From: Nitrosospira multiformis ATCC 25196
GTDB lineage: Bacteria > Pseudomonadota > Gammaproteobacteria > Burkholderiales > Nitrosomonadaceae
Direction: 5' to 3'
Assembly: GCF_000196355.1 (NCBI RefSeq)
Contig: NC_007614.1
Span: forward strand, 660,001-692,000
Length of the DNA: 32,000 nt
Part shown: positions 27,988-32,000 of the stretch, one piece after another
How the letters are laid out: the number at the start of each line of letters is the position of its first letter
How positions within the stretch are numbered: position 1 is the stretch's first letter
Notes under the pieces: generated by a model
The model's input: only the letters and a program-made list of their open reading frames with translations
What the model was told of the DNA's origin: nothing
The model's database searches: none
Translations under genes and position numbers: made by a program

Positions 27988-28740
27988 ATGCTCAATAAGC
28001 TGCATATCGCTACCTATAACATTCACAAAGGGTTTTCTCATTTCAATCGGCGTGTCATGGTGCATCAGCTGCGCGACAGCTTGCGCGCGCTCAACGCCGA
28101 TATCATTTTTCTGCAGGAAGTGGTCGGCGAGCACAAGGGGCACGGAGCGCGTTTCGAGAATTGGCCGGAGAGTCCCCAGTACGAATTCCTGGCTGATTCG
28201 ATCTGGACGGATTTTGCCTACGGAAAAAACGCGGTTTACGATGAGGGTCACCACGGCAACGCAATCCTGAGCCGCTATCCCATTCTGCGATGGGACAACG
28301 TGGATGTTTCGGCGCATCGCTTCGAAAGCCGCGGCTTGCTTCACTGTGAAATAGGCATCCCGCAATGGCGGGAAAATCTTCACTGCATCTGCGTGCACCT
28401 GGGCCTGTTCAAAAGAGGCCGTTCCCGCCAGTTACAGTTACTGGAAAAGCATATCGAGGAACTCGTACCCCAAGACGCGCCGCTGGTTATCGCCGGGGAT
28501 TTCAACGATTGGCGCGAAGTGGCCAGTCGTATCCTGGTCCAGCGGCTTGCCCTGGCGGAAGTCTTCGAATTGACCGAAGGAAGGCCGGCGCGCACCTATC
28601 CCTCCACGTTGCCGTTGTTCCGGCTCGACCGCATTTATGTGCGGGGTTTTCATATCGAGAAGGCGCAAGTGCACCAGGGGCACCCCTGGTCCAAGATCTC
28701 CGATCACGCAGTCCTCTCGGCGCAGATGATCCTCAGATAA
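27988..28740 (+). CDS. Endonuclease/exonuclease/phosphatase (EEP) family protein
   Basis: LHIATYNIHKGFSHFNRRVMVHQLRDSLRALNADIIFLQEVVGEH...VIAGDFNDWR...SDHAVLSAQMIL. Confidence 0.93.
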   Translation: MLNKLHIATYNIHKGFSHFNRRVMVHQLRDSLRALNADIIFLQEVVGEHKGHGARFENWPESPQYEFLADSIWTDFAYGKNAVYDEGHHGNAILSRYPILRWDNVDVSAHRFESRGLLHCEIGIPQWRENLHCICVHLGLFKRGRSRQLQLLEKHIEELVPQDAPLVIAGDFNDWREVASRILVQRLALAEVFELTEGRPARTYPSTLPLFRLDRIYVRGFHIEKAQVHQGHPWSKISDHAVLSAQMILR

Positions 28741-29834
28741 TGCCTCCTGCATTGCACAGCGAGATCGACGCGGCCGCTGCCCTCCTGAAAAAAGGAGGCG
28801 TTGTCGCTTTCCCGACAGAAACCGTTTATGGCCTCGGGGCTGAGGTTTCCAGCCCTTCTGCAGTCGCGCGCATATTTGAAATCAAGAAGCGTCCCCTGGA
28901 TCATCCTCTCATTGTCCATTTTGCCGATGCCTCCCGGTTATCGCATTGGGCGCGGGAGGTGCCGCAGCAGGCATGGCGGCTGGCTGAGTGCTTCTGGCCG
29001 GGCCCTTTGACCCTGATACTGCCACGTAGTCGTCATGTGCCGGAAAAGGTGACCGGCGGTCAGGATACAGTGGGATTGCGCGTTCCTGATCATCCCGTAG
29101 CGCTTGCCTTGCTGAGGGAACTGGGGCCGGACAGAGCGCTTGCCGCCCCGTCGGCCAATCGTTTCGGTCATGTCAGCCCGACAACGGCAGCACATGTGCG
29201 TGAGGAGTTTGGCGACGAGCTGGACATGGTTCTGGATGGCGGGCCGTGCCAGGTGGGTCTGGAAAGCACCATTGTGGGTTTTGAAGGCCAAACTGCGGTT
29301 ATATTGCGGCCAGGTGGCATCCAGTTGGCAGCGCTGGCGGAAGTGTTGGATGGAAATGTGATGCTTTCCCAAGAGGCAGAACGTTCTGTACGCGTGCCGG
29401 GCGCCCTCCCTTCGCATTATGCCCCCTCAACGCCGCTCGAGCTCCTGCCGGCGGATCCCTTATGGGCGCGCGCTTTGGAGCTGGAAGCAAAAGGTATGCG
29501 GGTAGCAGTCATGGGTTGGCGGCGGCGAGAGCATTCTCTACCCAGGCATCATCCGGAAAATGAACCGGTCGTATTTTCCGCGATGCCTGAAGAACCCGAG
29601 GAATATGCGCGTCAGTTGTATGCTACCTTGCGCCGGTTCGATCGGGGACATTTCGATCGGTTGTTGGTGGAGAAGCCGCCTGAGACGGCCGCCTGGGTGG
29701 CAATCGCGGACCGCCTGCGGCGGGCGAGCAGCAGGACACACCCCGGCGCGAATGCAGTGCTAAGGGGCGAGCAAAGCAGTTCGTCCCTGACGCGGGAGGA
29801 TGAGAATGAAACAATTTATGGGCAAACTGGATAA
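28740..29834 (+). CDS. L-threonylcarbamoyladenylate synthase (Sua5/YwlC/YrdC family)
   Basis: EIDAAAALLKKGGVVAFPTETVYGLGAEVSSPSAVARIFEIKKRPLDHPLIVHF...STIVGFEGQTAVILRPGG...PGALPSHYAPSTPLELL. ATG overlaps the EEP stop (TAATG). Confidence 0.95.
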   Translation: MPPALHSEIDAAAALLKKGGVVAFPTETVYGLGAEVSSPSAVARIFEIKKRPLDHPLIVHFADASRLSHWAREVPQQAWRLAECFWPGPLTLILPRSRHVPEKVTGGQDTVGLRVPDHPVALALLRELGPDRALAAPSANRFGHVSPTTAAHVREEFGDELDMVLDGGPCQVGLESTIVGFEGQTAVILRPGGIQLAALAEVLDGNVMLSQEAERSVRVPGALPSHYAPSTPLELLPADPLWARALELEAKGMRVAVMGWRRREHSLPRHHPENEPVVFSAMPEEPEEYARQLYATLRRFDRGHFDRLLVEKPPETAAWVAIADRLRRASSRTHPGANAVLRGEQSSSSLTREDENETIYGQTG

Positions 29835-29845
29835 ATAACGATTTT

Positions 29846-30625
29846 ATGGATAGCAAAGTTCGCGCAGTACTGTTTGATGTGGATGGTACGCTGGCTGACA
29901 CGGAGCGTGATGGTCATCGCCCCGCTTTTAATGCCGCATTTCAGGAACTCGGCCTCGATTGGGAGTGGGATGTCGATCTTTACGGCAGGTTGCTGGAAAT
30001 CACAGGGGGCAAAGAGCGCATCCTTCATTTCATGGAACATCATGTTCCCGAGGAATTGAACAGAAGCGAACTGGGCGAATGGATCGCGCGCCTGCATAAG
30101 ATAAAAACCAGGCATTATGTCGGCATGCTGGAAAGTGGCGGTATTCCGCTAAGACCGGGCGTAGCTCGCCTGATCCGGCATCTGCGTGACAGAAACATAA
30201 AAATCGCGATTGCAACCACCACCACCCCGGAGAACGTGACCGCGCTTTTGAAATCCACCCTGGGGGAAGATTCTCCCGGCTGGTTCGACGTTATCGGGGC
30301 AGGAGACATCGTTCCCGGAAAAAAACCGGCACCCGACATCTATCACTGGGTCCTGGATCAACTGAAATTGCCGGCAAAACAGTGCATTGCCGTTGAAGAC
30401 TCGGAAAACGGGCTCAGAGCATCGCTTGCCGCGGGGCTGGACACAGTGGTTACGGTAAATGGATATACCCGGTTTCAGGATTTCACGGGGGCGAAGCTTG
30501 TCTTGTCCGACCTGGGGGAGCCGACGAAGCCCTTCAGCGTGCTGGAAGGAGAGGCAGGAGTGGCAAACGGCATAAACGGCAGCGGCTGGGTGGATATGGA
30601 CCTGATGCTGAAGCTTAAGGGGTGA
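29846..30625 (+). CDS. HAD-IA family hydrolase (CbbY-like)
   Basis: VRAVLFDVDGTLADTERDGHRPAFNAAFQELGLDWEWDVDLYGRLLEITGGKERI...PGKKPAPDIYHWVLDQLKLPAKQCIAVEDSENGLRASLAAG. Confidence 0.92.
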   Translation: MDSKVRAVLFDVDGTLADTERDGHRPAFNAAFQELGLDWEWDVDLYGRLLEITGGKERILHFMEHHVPEELNRSELGEWIARLHKIKTRHYVGMLESGGIPLRPGVARLIRHLRDRNIKIAIATTTTPENVTALLKSTLGEDSPGWFDVIGAGDIVPGKKPAPDIYHWVLDQLKLPAKQCIAVEDSENGLRASLAAGLDTVVTVNGYTRFQDFTGAKLVLSDLGEPTKPFSVLEGEAGVANGINGSGWVDMDLMLKLKG

Positions 30626-30730
30626 AGGCCGTGAGGAAGCGGTCTAAAAGAATTACGGCCAATTCTGCGGACGCTCATCCCCGGTTTGCATCATCCCAAA
30701 TTGGAATTGTCACCTGGAACAGGTAGTATA

Positions 30731-30750
30731 GTAAGTAACTAGTGACTTAC
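30731..30750. promoter_or_regulatory. Near-perfect 20-bp palindrome upstream of psiE-like gene
   Basis: GTAAGTAACTAGTGACTTAC vs its reverse complement GTAAGTCACTAGTTACTTAC (18/20 positions identical). Confidence 0.4.
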
Positions 30751-30793
30751 CCAGGTTACCCAGGCATCCAGGCCATCCTGACAAGAAGAACAA

Positions 30794-31243
30794 ATGCTGC
30801 AAGCCCGCACAATCAACTATTCACGGCGCCTGCTTCAATTTTTTGAAGGTGTGGGTCTCGTCGTGATTGCACTCGCCACCATATTTGCGGGGTATCAGGA
30901 AACCATGCTGATGATTCACAACGGCAGAGTGAACCTTGCAGACCTGCTGCTCATGTTTCTCTACCTCGAAATCCTGACGATGGTCGGGCTTTATTTTGAA
31001 TCGGGCAAGCTGCCGGTAAGGTTTCCCCTCTATATCGCCCTGGTGGCATTGGCGCGTTATATAACCGTGGACGTCAAGGAGATGGACAACATCCGCCTGC
31101 TGGGCGTTTCTGCCGCTATCGTGCTGATTGCGCTCGGGGTGCTCGTCATCCGTTACGGGCACGTGCGCTATCCTTACGTGGAAGATCTGGAGGAACTGAC
31201 AGAGGCGGCTTCCAAGGAAAGAGAACAAAAAATTCGCGATTGA
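30794..31243 (+). CDS. Phosphate-starvation-inducible PsiE family protein
   Basis: 149 aa, 4 TM helices; [46 protein letters not shown] typical of PsiE. Confidence 0.9.
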   Translation: MLQARTINYSRRLLQFFEGVGLVVIALATIFAGYQETMLMIHNGRVNLADLLLMFLYLEILTMVGLYFESGKLPVRFPLYIALVALARYITVDVKEMDNIRLLGVSAAIVLIALGVLVIRYGHVRYPYVEDLEELTEAASKEREQKIRD

Positions 31244-31244
31244 T

Positions 31245-31748
31245 ATGGAAGGCCAAATCAACAAGCCCCAAGTGGGTGTCATCATGGGCAGCAGCAGCGA
31301 TTGGGAGGTCATGAAGCATGCTGTGGAAGTATTGAAGAAATTCCATGTGCCTTACGAAGCGGAGGTGGTTTCCGCTCATCGAACCCCTGATCGCATGTTC
31401 GAATATGCGGAAACTGCCGGCGGGCGGGGGCTGAAATGCATCATTGCCGGTGCAGGCGGGGCAGCGCATCTTCCGGGAATGGTCGCCGCGAAAACGCTCC
31501 TGCCCGTGCTGGGCGTGCCGGTTACTTCCCGGCAGCTTCAAGGGCTGGATTCGCTTTTGTCCATAGTACAAATGCCGAGGGGGATACCGGTTGCCACCTT
31601 CGCCATAGGCGAGGCGGGCGCGGCTAACGCGGGGTTGTTTGCCGTTGCGCTGCTGGCGATGGAAGATGCGGGCCTGGCCAGGCAGCTTGCCGAGTTTCGG
31701 GAAACCCAGATGGCGACGGTGGCTTCCATGACTTTACCCCTCTCATGA
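31245..31748 (+). CDS. purE: N5-carboxyaminoimidazole ribonucleotide mutase
   Basis: [47 protein letters not shown]...[27 protein letters not shown]. Confidence 0.98.
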   Translation: MEGQINKPQVGVIMGSSSDWEVMKHAVEVLKKFHVPYEAEVVSAHRTPDRMFEYAETAGGRGLKCIIAGAGGAAHLPGMVAAKTLLPVLGVPVTSRQLQGLDSLLSIVQMPRGIPVATFAIGEAGAANAGLFAVALLAMEDAGLARQLAEFRETQMATVASMTLPLS

Positions 31749-32000
31749 GTACGCGGCCTGGGGCGATGCTGGGGTTGCTGGGCGGCGGCCAGCTCGGCAG
31801 GATGTTCACCATGGCGGCCCAAAGCCTGGGTTACAGCGTGACCGTTCTTGATCCCGAGGAGCGGAGCCCGGCGGGTAGCATCGCTGAGCGGCACCTGCGC
31901 GCCGATTACCTCGATCGCGAGGCATTGAATGAGCTCGCATCCACCTGCGCAGGCGTCACCACCGAATTCGAAAACGTACCTGCCGAGGCACTCAGAGTAC
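31745..32000 (+). CDS. purK: 5-(carboxyamino)imidazole ribonucleotide synthase (3' truncated by window)
   Basis: ATG at 31745 overlapping the purE stop (ATGA): [85 protein letters not shown]. Confidence 0.96.
   Translation, partial: MSTRPGAMLGLLGGGQLGRMFTMAAQSLGYSVTVLDPEERSPAGSIAERHLRADYLDREALNELASTCAGVTTEFENVPAEALRV

Noticed and set aside
27040-28398. 452-aa minus-strand ORF antisense to nadA/EEP gene
   Set aside because: It overlaps two well-supported plus-strand genes; a shadow ORF in GC-rich coding DNA.
28365-28739. N-terminal extension of the Sua5/YwlC ORF
   Set aside because: It overlaps the EEP gene in another frame and has low-complexity Arg/Pro-rich sequence; the true start is almost certainly ATG 28740, which overlaps the previous stop.
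1-32000. Search for a new defence, secretion or biosynthetic system
   Set aside because: No multi-gene cluster of unknown genes is present; unknown ORFs in the 18.1-22.7 kb accessory segment are isolated or remnants, so claiming a novel system is unsupported.

Overview
The 32 kb window looks like ordinary betaproteobacterial chromosome, probably from a Nitrosomonadaceae/Nitrosospira-like ammonia oxidiser. That placement is inferred from gene content and protein character; no search was run. The housekeeping backbone includes a copper-related DUF411/cupredoxin pair, a CorA-type transporter, and a Gdt1/TMEM165-family transporter behind a yybP-ykoY-like (Mn2+) riboswitch. It continues with mutM-proC-yggT-yggU, a GldG/permease/ATPase ABC cluster, TPR lipoprotein-lolB-ispE-tRNA-Gln-prs-rplY-pth-ychF, fmdB-DUF502-aspS-nudB, nadA-EEP phosphatase-Sua5/YwlC-HAD hydrolase, psiE and purE-purK. 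About 18.1-23.2 kb is an accessory/decaying segment. It holds a collagen-like Gly-rich secreted protein, an IS3-family remnant, a carboxylesterase remnant, a partially duplicated small gene, a complete IS5/IS427-type element with a visible 4-bp TSD and a canonical A_AAA_AAG frameshift site inserted in a glycine-zipper gene remnant, and an apparently orphan RHH antitoxin. The strongest features not explained by routine annotation are a 129-bp tandem repeat array between rplY and pth, a lolB 5' end where the good lipoprotein signal peptide is in a different frame from the LolB body (joined across a T8 tract), and a near-palindrome upstream of psiE. I found no convincing new defence or biosynthetic system.
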